Assembly (NCBI GenBank): GCA_963815215.1
Contig: CAWFFU010000003.1
Location: 704,001 to 768,000, forward strand
From: an uncultured Trueperaceae bacterium
Lineage (GTDB): Bacteria > Deinococcota > Deinococci > Deinococcales > Trueperaceae
DNA length: 64,000 nt
Reading direction: 5' to 3'
Part shown: positions 10,034-22,427 of the stretch, in pieces
Layout of the letters: every line of letters begins with the position of its first letter
Numbering within the stretch: the first letter of the stretch is position 1
Made by a program: the position numbers and the translations under genes
The notes under the pieces: generated by a model
What the model saw: only the letters and a program-made list of their open reading frames with translations
The model's database searches: none
What the model was told of the DNA's origin: nothing

Positions 10034-12610
10034 TCAGTTGGTCGGCGCAGGTTGCTCCGTCTGGAAGCGGAAGCCTGTGTCCCCGACCTCCACCAACACG
10101 CGGTCGCCGTCCTGAACGTCACCGGCGATGATCGAACGCGAGAGTGGCGTCTCGATGTACTGGCGCACCGCCCGCTTCAGCGGACGGGCCCCGAACACCG
10201 GGTCGAAACCGAGCCGGGCGAGCTCGTCCATGGCGGCCGGGGTCAACTCGAGCCGGATGTGCCGGTCGGCCAGGCGGGCGCGGACCTGGTCGAGCTGGAT
10301 GGCTGCGATCGCCGCCACCTGATCGCGCCCCAGCGCGTGGAACACGATGATGTCGTCGACGCGATTGAGGAACTCGGGTCGGAAGTGCTCCTGCAACAGC
10401 CCGAGTACGGTGGCCCGGAGCTGCGCGTCGTTGGCGCCCGCCCGGCTGGCCTCCAGGATCTGAGGGCTGCCGATGTTGCTCGTCATGACCACGACCGTGT
10501 TGCGGAAATCGACCGTGCGTCCGTGGGCATCGGTGAGACGGCCGTCGTCGAGCATCTGCAGCAGGGTGTTGAAGACGTCGGGGTGCGCCTTCTCGATCTC
10601 ATCGAAGAGGATCACGCTGTAGGGGTGGCGTCGGACCGCTTCGGTGAGCTGTCCACCCTCGTCGTAGCCGACATAGCCGGGAGGCGCCCCGATCAGCTTG
10701 GCCACCGTGTGCTTCTCCATGTACTCGCTCATGTCCAGTCGGATCATGTTGTCTTCGGTATCGAAGAGTTGTTGCGCCAGCGCCTTGGCGGTCTCCGTCT
10801 TCCCCACCCCGGTCGGCCCCAGGAAGATGAACGATCCGATCGGTCGGCGCGGATCAGCCAACCCGGCCCGCGAACGGCGGATGGCGTCGGCCACCGCGTT
10901 GATCGCCTCGTCCTGTCCTACGACGCGCTCGTGGAGCGCTCCTTCGAGCTCCAGCAGCTTCTCGCGCTCGCCCTCGATGAGCCTCGACACGGGGATGCCG
11001 GTGGCGCGTCCAACGACCTCGGCCACCTCGTTCTCCCCCACCTCCAGGCGGACGTAGCGCGCGCCCTCGAGCCGCTCGCTCAACTCGCGCAGGCTACGCT
11101 CGAGCTTGGGGAGCTCGCCGTAACGCAGCTGTGCCGCCTTCTCCAGGTCGTACTCACGCTCGGCCCGGTCGATCTGCGTGCGCACCTCCTCGAGTTGCTC
11201 CTGGTTGGCGCGCAGTTCCTCGAGCACGCTTCGCTCGGCCTCCCAGTCCGACTGGGCGCGCTCGATCTGATCCTCGATCGCGTGGAGCTCCTCCTCGATG
11301 CGCGTCAGCCGCTGCGCGGAGTCGGGGTCGGCCTCCCGGCGGAGCGCTTCCTGCTCGATCTCGAGCTGCAGCTTGCGCCTGCGAAGTCCGTCGATCTCCT
11401 CGGGCAGGCTGTCGAGTTGCACCCGGATGCGGCTGGCGGCCTCGTCGATGAGGTCGATGGCCGAATCGGGCAGGCGCCGATCGGCGATGTAGCGCTGGGC
11501 CATGCCGGCCGCGGCGATGATGGCTGGGTCGCTGATGCGCACCCCATGGTGGACCTCGTACTTCTCCTTGAGTCCACGCAGGATGCTGATGGTCTCCTCC
11601 ACGCTGGGCTCGTCGACCAGGATGGGCTGGAAGCGGCGCTCCAGGGCGGCATCCTTCTCGATGTCGCGATACTCGTTGAGTGTGGTCGCCCCGATCATGC
11701 GGAGCTCCCCGCGCGCCAGCGGCGGCTTGAGCATGTTGCCCGCATCGACTGCGCCCTCGGCCTTGCCGGCGCCCACGATGGTGTGCAGCTCGTCGATGAA
11801 CAGCAGGATCTCGCCCTTGGAGCGCACGGTCTCCTGGATCACGCCCTTGAGCCGCTCCTCGAACTCGCCACGGTACTTGGCGCCCGCCAGCAGGCTGCCC
11901 ATGTCGAGCTGGATGATGCGCTTCCCCTGCAGCCCCTCAGGCACATCCTTGTGGACGATGCGTTGCGCCAGGCCCTCGGCGATGGCCGTCTTGCCGACGC
12001 CGGGCTCGCCGATCAGCACTGGGTTGTTCTTGGTGCGGCGCAGCAGAATCTGGATAGCGCGCCGGATCTCCTCGTCGCGACCGATCACCGGGTCGAGGCC
12101 GCCCTCGCGCGCCCGCTGCGTCAGGTCGATGCCGTAGCGCTCCAGGGCCTCGAAGCTCGATTCCGCCGTGCGGCTGTCGACCTTCTTGCCGCCGCGGATG
12201 GCCAACGCCGCGTCGCGCAGCGCCGCCGCCTCGGGCAGCGCGCGCACGGCGGGGCCCCCCTTCTCACGCAGCGCCACCAGCAGGGCATCGGCCGCCACGA
12301 ACCCGTCGCCCCACTCGCGGGCGACCTGCTCGGCTCGCTCCAGCACCGGGCCCACCTCCTGGGCCATGTACTGGCCGTCAGCGCCCGACACCTTGGGCAA
12401 GCTGTCCAGCGTGGCGTCCAGCGCGCTGCGGATCTGGCCTGCGTCGCCCCCGGCGCGCTCGACCAGCCGCGCCGAGGGTCCCTGGGGGTCGGCGAGCAAC
12501 GCGGCCGCGAGGTGCGCGGCGCTCACCTGCTGGTGGTTACGCGTCCGGGCGACCTGCTGCGCGTTGGCGATCCCCTGCAACGCCGTCTCGGTGAAGCGTT
12601 CGGCATCCAT
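10034..12610 (-). CDS. clpB: ATP-dependent chaperone ClpB
   Basis: Two AAA+ modules ([33 protein letters not shown]), coiled-coil middle domain, GARPLKR. Start taken at ATG 12610. Confidence 0.97.
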   Translation of the reverse strand: MDAERFTETALQGIANAQQVARTRNHQQVSAAHLAAALLADPQGPSARLVERAGGDAGQIRSALDATLDSLPKVSGADGQYMAQEVGPVLERAEQVAREWGDGFVAADALLVALREKGGPAVRALPEAAALRDAALAIRGGKKVDSRTAESSFEALERYGIDLTQRAREGGLDPVIGRDEEIRRAIQILLRRTKNNPVLIGEPGVGKTAIAEGLAQRIVHKDVPEGLQGKRIIQLDMGSLLAGAKYRGEFEERLKGVIQETVRSKGEILLFIDELHTIVGAGKAEGAVDAGNMLKPPLARGELRMIGATTLNEYRDIEKDAALERRFQPILVDEPSVEETISILRGLKEKYEVHHGVRISDPAIIAAAGMAQRYIADRRLPDSAIDLIDEAASRIRVQLDSLPEEIDGLRRRKLQLEIEQEALRREADPDSAQRLTRIEEELHAIEDQIERAQSDWEAERSVLEELRANQEQLEEVRTQIDRAEREYDLEKAAQLRYGELPKLERSLRELSERLEGARYVRLEVGENEVAEVVGRATGIPVSRLIEGEREKLLELEGALHERVVGQDEAINAVADAIRRSRAGLADPRRPIGSFIFLGPTGVGKTETAKALAQQLFDTEDNMIRLDMSEYMEKHTVAKLIGAPPGYVGYDEGGQLTEAVRRHPYSVILFDEIEKAHPDVFNTLLQMLDDGRLTDAHGRTVDFRNTVVVMTSNIGSPQILEASRAGANDAQLRATVLGLLQEHFRPEFLNRVDDIIVFHALGRDQVAAIAAIQLDQVRARLADRHIRLELTPAAMDELARLGFDPVFGARPLKRAVRQYIETPLSRSIIAGDVQDGDRVLVEVGDTGFRFQTEQPAPTN

Positions 12611-12617
12611 GCTCACG

Positions 12618-12651
12618 ATGATAGAAACTTGAGTGCCGGTGTGTCAAGTTT
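12618..12651 (-). promoter_or_regulatory. clpB sigma70 promoter (TTGACA-18-TATCAT) overlapped by a HAIR-like (HspR) inverted repeat
   Basis: Minus strand TTGACA (12647-12642) and TATCAT (12623-12618), 7 nt before the ATG. Plus strand CTTGAGT-N7-TGTCAAG (12628-12648) versus HAIR consensus CTTGAGT-N7-ACTCAAG. Confidence 0.85.
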
Positions 12652-12653
12652 TC

Positions 12654-13544
12654 TCAGTTACCGTCCGACCGCCGGCGCCAGACCTCCCGCCCCTGCTCGT
12701 CCAGCATCTGGACGTCGCGCTGGCTCAGGCGCAGTGAGGCGGCCCCCATGTTCTGCTCGAGGTGCGTCACCCGGCCGGTGCCCGGGATAGGAAGCATGAC
12801 CGGGCTGCGCTCGAGCAGCCAGGCGAGCGCCACCTGACCGTGGCTGGCTCCGCTGCGTTGCGCCATGCTGTCGAGCAGGCCGCCGGGGCGCGCCAGCTCG
12901 CCCGCCGCCAGCGGGAACCACGGGATGAAGCCGATGTCGTTGGCCTCGCAGTACTCCAGCACCGCTTCACTGTGACGGTTGGCGAGGTTGTAGAGGTTCT
13001 GCACGGTCGCGACCTCGAACACGCGGCGCGCCGCCTCGATCTCGTCGACGCTCACCTCGCTCAGGCCCACGTGACGGATGAGCCCCTCGTCCTGCATCTC
13101 CTTGATGACCGCGAACTGCTCGTCACGCGGGACCAGCGGATCGATCCGGTGGAGCTGCCACAGATCGATGCGCTCGACGCCCAGGCGCCGAAGGCTCATC
13201 AGCACGCACTGTCGCAGGTACTCCGGGCGCCCCACCGGCTTCCAGATGTCGGGGCCGTGGCGGGTCAGTCCGCCCTTGGTGGCGATCACCAGCCCCCGGT
13301 AGGGATGCAGCGTCTCGCGCAGCAGGTCCTCACTCACGAACGGACCGTAGGAGTCGGCGGTGTCGATGAAGTCGACTCCCAGGTCGGGCAGGCGTTCCAG
13401 CACGCGGCGCGCTTCCGCGGGGTCGGCCGGCTCACCCCAGATGCCTGCGCCGGTGACGCGCATGGCTCCGAAGCCGAGCCTGTGGACGGTCAGGTCGCCC
13501 CCGATGGTGAAGGTGGTGGATCGCTTGGCAGAGTCGTCGGACAT
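12654..13544 (-). CDS. Aldo/keto reductase
   Basis: [60 protein letters not shown]. Confidence 0.93.
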   Translation of the reverse strand: MSDDSAKRSTTFTIGGDLTVHRLGFGAMRVTGAGIWGEPADPAEARRVLERLPDLGVDFIDTADSYGPFVSEDLLRETLHPYRGLVIATKGGLTRHGPDIWKPVGRPEYLRQCVLMSLRRLGVERIDLWQLHRIDPLVPRDEQFAVIKEMQDEGLIRHVGLSEVSVDEIEAARRVFEVATVQNLYNLANRHSEAVLEYCEANDIGFIPWFPLAAGELARPGGLLDSMAQRSGASHGQVALAWLLERSPVMLPIPGTGRVTHLEQNMGAASLRLSQRDVQMLDEQGREVWRRRSDGN

Positions 13545-13621
13545 GACGACCTCCTTCCGACGAGCATTGTCCACCGCGCGTTCGGCGGAGCGTGTCGTGC
13601 GGGCGGGCGGCGCTCACGCCA

Positions 13622-13659
13622 ACGCGCCCCTCCCCCGGTACCGGCGGGGAGGGGCGCGT
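13622..13659 (-). terminator. GC-rich 14-bp hairpin after pntB (terminator or mRNA stabiliser)
   Basis: ACGCGCCCCTCCCC-N10-GGGGAGGGGCGCGT is a perfect inverted repeat ending 17 nt after the pntB stop; no U-tract. Confidence 0.55.
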
Positions 13660-13676
13660 GAATGTCGGCGAGGGGC

Positions 13677-15056
<1,380 letters not shown>

Positions 15057-15065
15057 GGGGCTTCC

Positions 15066-15347
15066 CTAGTCCTTCTTGCCGGTCTTGAACATCGCCAGCA
15101 TACGGTCGGTCACCAGGTAGCCGCCGACCACGTTGATCGTGGCGAACGCCACCGCGAGCACCGCCAGGACGGTCCCGAAGGTGCCGTGGATCGCCGTGGC
15201 CGCCAGGGCCCCGACGATACTGATCCCCGAGATCGCGTTCGAGCCCGACATCAACGGGGTGTGGAGCTGCGACGGCACCTTACCGATCAGCTCGAGACCC
15301 AGAAAGATGGAGAGCACGAAGATGAACAGCAGCAGGAGCATCGTCAC
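15066..15347 (-). CDS. pntAb: NAD(P) transhydrogenase alpha subunit part 2 (membrane)
   Basis: VPSQLHTPLMSGSNAISG, NVVGGYLVTDRMLAMF; lies between pntA1 and pntB. Confidence 0.93.
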   Translation of the reverse strand: MTMLLLLFIFVLSIFLGLELIGKVPSQLHTPLMSGSNAISGISIVGALAATAIHGTFGTVLAVLAVAFATINVVGGYLVTDRMLAMFKTGKKD

Positions 15348-16489
15348 TTGGACCCCTCCACAACTTCGCGGACGCGACCGTCACGGATCTGGCCCTCGTG
15401 CGTGAGCAGGGCCGCACCGATCACCTCGTCCTCGGTATCGAGCTTGAGCGCGTTGGCTTCCTTGTCGTAGGCGTGCTCCAGCAGGAAGTAGACGTTGCTC
15501 GCGTACATCTGGCTGGCGTCCCGCGCCACCTCGGCCGGGAAGTTGCCCAGACCGACGATCAGCACGCCGTTGTCGGTACGTACCTCGCGGTCGGCCTGGG
15601 TGCCCTCGACGTTGCCTCCGGTCGACGCCGCCAGGTCGACGATGACCGCGCCCGGCCGCATGCCTGCGACCATCTCGGCCGAGATGATCTTGGGCGCCGG
15701 CCGCCCGAACACCTGCGCGGTGGTGATGATGACGTCGGCGCCGGCGCAGATCTTGACCATCTGCTTGCGCTGCATCTCGAGCTGTTCCTCGGTCAGGGCC
15801 TTGGCGTACCCCTGCTCGGTCTGGCCGGTCTCACCGACATCGATCTCGACGAAGCGGGCGCCCAGCGACTGCACCTGCTCCTTCACGACCGGTCGCGTGT
15901 CGTAGGCCTCGACGCGCGCACCCAGCCGCTTGGCGGTGGCGATGGCCTGCAGCCCCGCCACGCCGGCACCCACCACGAACACGCGCGCCGGCGGGATGGT
16001 ACCGGCCGGGGTGCTCATCATCGGCAGCGACTTGTCGATGCGTTCGGCCGCGATGACGACCGCGCCATAGCCCGCCAGGCTGGCCTGGCTGGAGAGCGCG
16101 TCCATCTTCTGGGCGTAGGTCGAGCGCGGGATCAGCTCCATGCAGAAGGCGCTGACCTTCGCGTCGGCCAGCGCCCGCACCGCATCCGGGCTCCGGAACG
16201 GGTCCAAGAAGCTGACGGCGATGGCCCCCTCCCGGAGGCCGCCGATCGTGGCGGGCGTGGGCTTGTTGACGGCGACCAGCGCATCGGCGCCTGCGAGCAG
16301 CGCTGCGCGATCGGGCTCGAACGTGGCGCCGACCTTCTCGTAGGCCGCATCGGCGAGGTACAGCGAGTCGCCGATCCCGGGCTCGAGCGTCACCGACATG
16401 CCGAGCCGCACGAGCTTGTCGACGACCTGGGGGGTGAGCCCCACTCGCCGTTCGCCTGCAGCTGTTTCCTTGAGCGCGACGATATTCAT
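15344..16489 (-). CDS. pntAa: NAD(P) transhydrogenase alpha subunit part 1 (dI, NAD-binding)
   Basis: KETAAGERRV, PRSTYAQKMDALSSQ, GAGVAGLQAIATA, VDLAASTGGN. Start taken at MNIVALKE. Confidence 0.95.
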   Translation of the reverse strand: MNIVALKETAAGERRVGLTPQVVDKLVRLGMSVTLEPGIGDSLYLADAAYEKVGATFEPDRAALLAGADALVAVNKPTPATIGGLREGAIAVSFLDPFRSPDAVRALADAKVSAFCMELIPRSTYAQKMDALSSQASLAGYGAVVIAAERIDKSLPMMSTPAGTIPPARVFVVGAGVAGLQAIATAKRLGARVEAYDTRPVVKEQVQSLGARFVEIDVGETGQTEQGYAKALTEEQLEMQRKQMVKICAGADVIITTAQVFGRPAPKIISAEMVAGMRPGAVIVDLAASTGGNVEGTQADREVRTDNGVLIVGLGNFPAEVARDASQMYASNVYFLLEHAYDKEANALKLDTEDEVIGAALLTHEGQIRDGRVREVVEGSK

Positions 16490-16544
16490 TTGGCTTCGAT
16501 GATGACACACTCGTTCGCCGGGGAACCACCGGACATTCGTCCCA

Positions 16545-16560
16545 CGTGACAATCATCACG
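16545..16560. promoter_or_regulatory. CGTGA-N6-TCACG palindrome between divergent pnt and pfkA (CRP/FNR- or Rex-like geometry)
   Basis: CGTGA CAATCA TCACG read directly from the sequence; regulator identity is inferred. Confidence 0.45.
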
Positions 16561-16691
16561 ACCGGGGTGGGACACCGACTGCGCGGGCGTCCGTGCCTCG
16601 CGCCATCGGAGCGAGGTCGGGCGTCGCCGGGATGGTCGGGGACGAACGACCCGCCAGACATGCGGCGCCAGCGAGCTATACTGGTCGGCCG

Positions 16692-17660
16692 ATGAAGCAC
16701 GTGGCCATTCTCACCAGCGGGGGCGACGCTCCGGGCATGAACGCGGCCATCCGGGCGGTCGTTCGCACCGCCGTGTACGAGGGTCTCGACATCTCCGCGG
16801 TCTACCGCGGCTATCAGGGCCTGATCGAGAACGACATCGTCCAGGTCGGGGCCCGCGCCGTCGCCAACATCATCCAGCGGGGCGGCACCATCCTCCGCAC
16901 GGCGCGCTCCCAGGCCTTCAAGGAGCCCGAGGGGCGGGCGCAGGCGGTGGCCAACCTCCAGTCCCACGACATCGACGGCCTCGTGGTCATCGGCGGCGAC
17001 GGCAGCTTCCGCGGCGCCTATCGTTTGTTCGAGGAGCACGGTTTCCCCGTCGTCGGCATCCCCGCCACCATCGACAACGATATCTACGGCACCGACGTGT
17101 CGATCGGCTTCAACACGGCCATCAACATCGCGCTCGACGCCGTCGATCGACTTCGCGACACCGCCGCCAGCCACGACCGCCTGTTCCTGGTCGAGGTCAT
17201 GGGGCGCCACTCCGGGCACATCGCCCTCCACGTGGGCCTGGCGGGCGGCGCCGAGGCGGTGCTGCTGCCGGAGGTCCGCATCGGGGCCGATGAGGTCGTG
17301 GACATGATCGTGGCGGCGCAACAGCGCGGCAAGAGCTCGAGCATCGTGATCGTCGCGGAAGGAGCCTACGACGGCGGCGCCATGGCCCTCCAGACCCACG
17401 TCCGCGAGCGCTGCGGCTACGAGGTGCGCACCGTCATCCTCGGCCACACCCAGCGTGGCGGCTCGCCGTCGACGCGCGACCGCGTGCTCGCGTCGAGGCT
17501 CGGCTTCCACGCCGTGCGCAGCTTGCTCGACGGCCGCAGCGGGGTGATGGTGGGGATCGACAAGCGCGGCATCGCCCACGTCCCGCTGAAGGACGTCTGG
17601 GAGCTACGCAAGGACATCGACTGGGAGCTCGTCGAGATGGCGGGCGTCCTGGCCATCTGA
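16692..17660 (+). CDS. pfkA: ATP-dependent 6-phosphofructokinase
   Basis: LTSGGDAPGMNA, GGTILRTARS, GGDGS, PATIDND, EVMGR, LGHTQRGG. TATACT at 16677-16682. Confidence 0.96.
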   Translation: MKHVAILTSGGDAPGMNAAIRAVVRTAVYEGLDISAVYRGYQGLIENDIVQVGARAVANIIQRGGTILRTARSQAFKEPEGRAQAVANLQSHDIDGLVVIGGDGSFRGAYRLFEEHGFPVVGIPATIDNDIYGTDVSIGFNTAINIALDAVDRLRDTAASHDRLFLVEVMGRHSGHIALHVGLAGGAEAVLLPEVRIGADEVVDMIVAAQQRGKSSSIVIVAEGAYDGGAMALQTHVRERCGYEVRTVILGHTQRGGSPSTRDRVLASRLGFHAVRSLLDGRSGVMVGIDKRGIAHVPLKDVWELRKDIDWELVEMAGVLAI

Positions 17661-17683
17661 GCTCGGCGCCGCGCGAGCCGCGC

Positions 17684-19015
<1,332 letters not shown>

Positions 19016-19060
19016 CTAGCATCGAGAGCGGCGCCGCACGGCGCCGGCAAGGAGGCCGGC

Positions 19061-19960
19061 ATGCAGCTAGGGATGGTAGGGCTCGGACGGATGGGCGCCA
19101 ACATGACGCGGCGGCTCATGAAGGGCGGGCACGGCGTGGCGGTGACCGACATCGACGGAAGCGCCGTCCGTGATCTGGTGGAGGAGGGCGCCACCGGAGC
19201 GGCCTCGGTGTCCGAGCTCATCGAGAAGCTCCCCGCGCCCCGGGTGCTGTGGCTGATGGTGCCGGCGGGCGACACCACCGAGGCGGTCTTCGCCGAGGCG
19301 CTGGCGCACCTCGACCAGGGGGACATCCTGATCGACGGCGCCAACTCGCACTACACAGACACGCGCCGCCGCGGCGAGGAGGCCGACCGCCGGGGCGTGC
19401 GCATGCTCGATGCCGGCGTGTCCGGCGGCGTCTGGGGCCTGGCCGAGGGCTACAACCTGATGGTCGGTGGCGAGGCGGGCGCCTTCGAGACCGCCCGCCC
19501 GGCGCTGGAGACGCTGGCCCCCGATAACGGCGTCGCGCACGTCGGGCCGGTCGGCGCGGGGCACTTCGTGAAGATGGTGCACAACGGCATCGAGTACGGC
19601 CTGCTGCAGGCGTACGGCGAAGGCTTCGAGGCGCTCGCCGCCTATCCCCACGCCGACCTCGACCTGGAGAGGATCGCCGATCTGTGGACGCACGGTGCGG
19701 TGGTCCGCTCCTGGCTGCTCGATCTCCTCGCGCGCGCCTTCGAGCAGGATCCGGCCCTCGACGGCATCCACGGCTACGTCGACGACAGCGGCATGGGGCG
19801 CTGGACGGTCGACTTCGGTGTGGAGCGGGCGGTTCCGCTGCCCGCCATCAGCGCGGCGCTGTTCGCACGGTTCCGAAGCCGTCAGGACGACAGCTTCAGC
19901 GCCAAGGTGGTGGCCGCGCTGCGCAACCAGTTCGGCGGCCACCCGGTCCGGGAGGCCTGA
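19061..19960 (+). CDS. gnd: 6-phosphogluconate dehydrogenase, decarboxylating (short type)
   Basis: GLGRMG, WLMVPAG, DAGVSGG, GHFVKMVHNGIEYG, SGMGRWT, LRNQFGGH. SD AAGGAGG. Confidence 0.95.
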   Translation: MQLGMVGLGRMGANMTRRLMKGGHGVAVTDIDGSAVRDLVEEGATGAASVSELIEKLPAPRVLWLMVPAGDTTEAVFAEALAHLDQGDILIDGANSHYTDTRRRGEEADRRGVRMLDAGVSGGVWGLAEGYNLMVGGEAGAFETARPALETLAPDNGVAHVGPVGAGHFVKMVHNGIEYGLLQAYGEGFEALAAYPHADLDLERIADLWTHGAVVRSWLLDLLARAFEQDPALDGIHGYVDDSGMGRWTVDFGVERAVPLPAISAALFARFRSRQDDSFSAKVVAALRNQFGGHPVREA

Positions 19961-19961
19961 G

Positions 19962-21401
19962 GTGCCCAAGGCGCCCCCGACGGCATTCGTGATCTTCGGC
20001 ATCACCGGCGACCTGGCGGCCCGCAAGCTGCTGCCGGCGTTGTTCGAGCTCCACCGGCAGGGCGCGCTCGACGAGGCGACGATCCTGGTCGGCTATGGGC
20101 GCAGCCCCCTGAGCGACGACGCTCTCCGCGCTCGCCTGCGCGAGGCGCTGGCGCGCCAGGCCGAGCGGCTCGACGAAGACGCGTGGACCTCCCTCGAGGA
20201 ACGGATCCACTACGTGCAGGGCGACTACGACGAGCCGGAGGGCTTCCGGCGGCTGGCCGAGCGGCTGCAGGCGTGGGGCCTGGACAACCGCGTCTTCTAC
20301 ACCGCCACCCCGCCCCAGACCTACGAGCCGATCGTGCGGAACCTGGCCGCTGCCGGCCTGCACGAAGCGGGCAACGGTTGGTCGCGGCTGGTGATCGAGA
20401 AGCCGTTCGGCGACGACCTGCAAACCGCCCGTGCGCTGAACCGGCACGTCTTGGAGCACTTCCACGAGGATCAGGTCTTCCGCATCGACCACTACCTCGC
20501 CAAGGAGACGGCCCAGAACCTGGCGGTGTTGCGCTTCGCCAACAGCATCTTCGAGCCGGTGTGGAGCAACCGCTACGTCGACCACGTGCAGATCACCATG
20601 GTCGAGCCCATGGGCGTGGAGGGCCGCGGCAGCTTCTACGAATCGGCGGGCGTGCTGCGCGACGTCTTCCAGAACCACTTGCTGCAGCTCGTGGCGCTGG
20701 TGGCCATGGAGCCACCGGCACGCTACGACGCCCATAGCGTCCGCAACGAGAAGGTCAAGGTCTTCGACGCGCTGCGCTGCGGCCGGCCCGAGAACGCAGT
20801 GCTGGGGCAGTACGTTTCGGGCAACGGCATGATGGGCTACCGGGAGGAGGACGGCGTCGACCCGCGCTCGAAGCAGGCCACCTTCGCCGCCGTGGAGCTC
20901 GAGCTCCGTAACTGGCGCTGGTCCGGGGTGCCGTTCTACCTCCGTTCAGGCAAGCGCCTGGAGAAGAAGGCCACCGAGATCGTGCTGCAGTTCAAGACGC
21001 CGCCCCACGTGCCGTTCGAGCTCCCGGCCCTGCTCAAGGCCGACCGGCTGGTGCTACGGCTGGTGCCGGACGAGGGCATCGTGTTGCGCTTCAACGGCAA
21101 GCGGCCCGGTCAGGGGATCGAGATGGAACGCATCAGTCTCGACTTCCTGTACGGCCGCAGCTTCGACCGCCCCAACCCGGACGCCTACGAGACGCTGCTG
21201 CTCGACGTGATGCTGGATGACGCCACGCTCTTCATGCGCGCTGACGAGGTCGAAGCCCAGTGGCGCGTGATCACGCCGCTACTCGACCGCATCGGCGACG
21301 TCGGGCCGACGCCGATGTTCTACGAGGCCGGCAGCATGGGACCCGACGCGGCCTACGCCCTGCTCGAACGCGAGGGGCGCTACTGGCACCGGCCCGCGTG
21401 A
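19962..21401 (+). CDS. zwf: Glucose-6-phosphate 1-dehydrogenase
   Basis: IFGITGDLAARKL, EKPFG, RIDHYLAKE, RDVFQNHL, RWSGVPFYLRSGK. GTG starts 1 nt after the gnd stop. Confidence 0.96.
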   Translation: MPKAPPTAFVIFGITGDLAARKLLPALFELHRQGALDEATILVGYGRSPLSDDALRARLREALARQAERLDEDAWTSLEERIHYVQGDYDEPEGFRRLAERLQAWGLDNRVFYTATPPQTYEPIVRNLAAAGLHEAGNGWSRLVIEKPFGDDLQTARALNRHVLEHFHEDQVFRIDHYLAKETAQNLAVLRFANSIFEPVWSNRYVDHVQITMVEPMGVEGRGSFYESAGVLRDVFQNHLLQLVALVAMEPPARYDAHSVRNEKVKVFDALRCGRPENAVLGQYVSGNGMMGYREEDGVDPRSKQATFAAVELELRNWRWSGVPFYLRSGKRLEKKATEIVLQFKTPPHVPFELPALLKADRLVLRLVPDEGIVLRFNGKRPGQGIEMERISLDFLYGRSFDRPNPDAYETLLLDVMLDDATLFMRADEVEAQWRVITPLLDRIGDVGPTPMFYEAGSMGPDAAYALLEREGRYWHRPA

Positions 21402-21429
21402 GGCTAGCTCGGGCGCGTTCGGGCGCGTC

Positions 21430-21470
21430 TGTATGCGGCCCTGCATATTCACGATGCAGAGCCGCATACA
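21430..21470. repeat. Long AT-richer inverted repeat between zwf and arginase
   Basis: TGTATGCGGC-C-CTGCAT-ATTCACG-ATGCAG-A-GCCGCATACA: 16 of 17 bp pair, 7-nt loop. Confidence 0.75.
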
Positions 21471-21515
21471 CTTGCATCTACAACGTCCTGGACGACTCTC
21501 GTGCTATCTTCGGGC

Positions 21516-22400
21516 GTGGCACTCATCAGCATACTTGGAATCCCGATGGACCTCGGAGCCGGACGGCGAGGCGTAGACATGGGGCCGAGCGCCCTCAGAC
21601 TCGCTCGCCTCGCGGCCAGCCTGGGCGCGCTCGGCCATCAGGTGGTCGACCTCGGCAACGTCGAGGTCCCCGTTCCCGAGGCCGTGCCCAATGCCGACGG
21701 CCTCCCCTTCGCCGACGCCATCGCCGCGACCTGCACCGCCGCCTACGAGCGTCTGCGGGCACTCGACGACGGCTCGTTCGTGATCTCGCTGGGAGGCGAT
21801 CACTCCGTCAGCATGGGAACCGTGCCGGGGGCGTCGGCGGGCCGCCGTACCGGAGTGGTGTGGGTCGACGCCCACGCCGACCTCAACACGCCGGCGAGCA
21901 GTCCGAGCGGCAACATCCACGGCATGCCGCTCGCCCACCTTCTCGGCCTCGGCGACCCCCGCCTCACCGGGATCTGGGGCGGCGGCGCCGCCCTTGCGCC
22001 CGAGGACCTGGTGTTCGTGGGCCTGCGCAGCCTCGACGAGGGCGAGCGCGCCCTCATCCGAGATGCCGGAATCGCCGCCTACACCATGAAGGAGATCGAC
22101 CAGCGCGGCATCGCGCAGGTGGCCGCCGAGGTGATCGAACGGCTGGCCCATGTCGACAGGCTGCACATCTCGTTCGACGCCGACGCTCTCGACCCGGGCC
22201 TGGCACCCGGCGTGGGCACTCCGGTGCCGGGCGGCCTGAGCTACCGCGAGGCGCACCTGCTCATGGAGCTGCTGGCCGACTCCGGCCGGCCCACCAGCCT
22301 CGACCTGGTCGAGGTGAACCCGATCCTCGACAGCCAGAATCGAAGCGCCGCCATCATGGTGGAGATGGCGGCGAGCCTGCTCGGCAAGAAGATCCTGTGA
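21516..22400 (+). CDS. rocF: Arginase
   Basis: GRRGVDMGPSALR, LGGDHS, WVDAHADLN, SGNIHGMP, SFDADALDP, GTPVPGG, VEVNP. TG-n-TATCTT lies 5 nt before GTG 21516. Confidence 0.95.
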   Translation: MALISILGIPMDLGAGRRGVDMGPSALRLARLAASLGALGHQVVDLGNVEVPVPEAVPNADGLPFADAIAATCTAAYERLRALDDGSFVISLGGDHSVSMGTVPGASAGRRTGVVWVDAHADLNTPASSPSGNIHGMPLAHLLGLGDPRLTGIWGGGAALAPEDLVFVGLRSLDEGERALIRDAGIAAYTMKEIDQRGIAQVAAEVIERLAHVDRLHISFDADALDPGLAPGVGTPVPGGLSYREAHLLMELLADSGRPTSLDLVEVNPILDSQNRSAAIMVEMAASLLGKKIL

Positions 22401-22427
22401 GCGGCGGGCGGCGCCCGCCGACCCGCC

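Noticed and set aside
10052..12790. 912-aa plus-strand ORF opposite clpB (also 50186-53212, 13662-15470, 160-1473, 60344-61993)
   Set aside because: Antisense shadows of well-conserved genes. GC-rich codon bias removes stops on the opposite strand, and the translations show no recognisable motifs.
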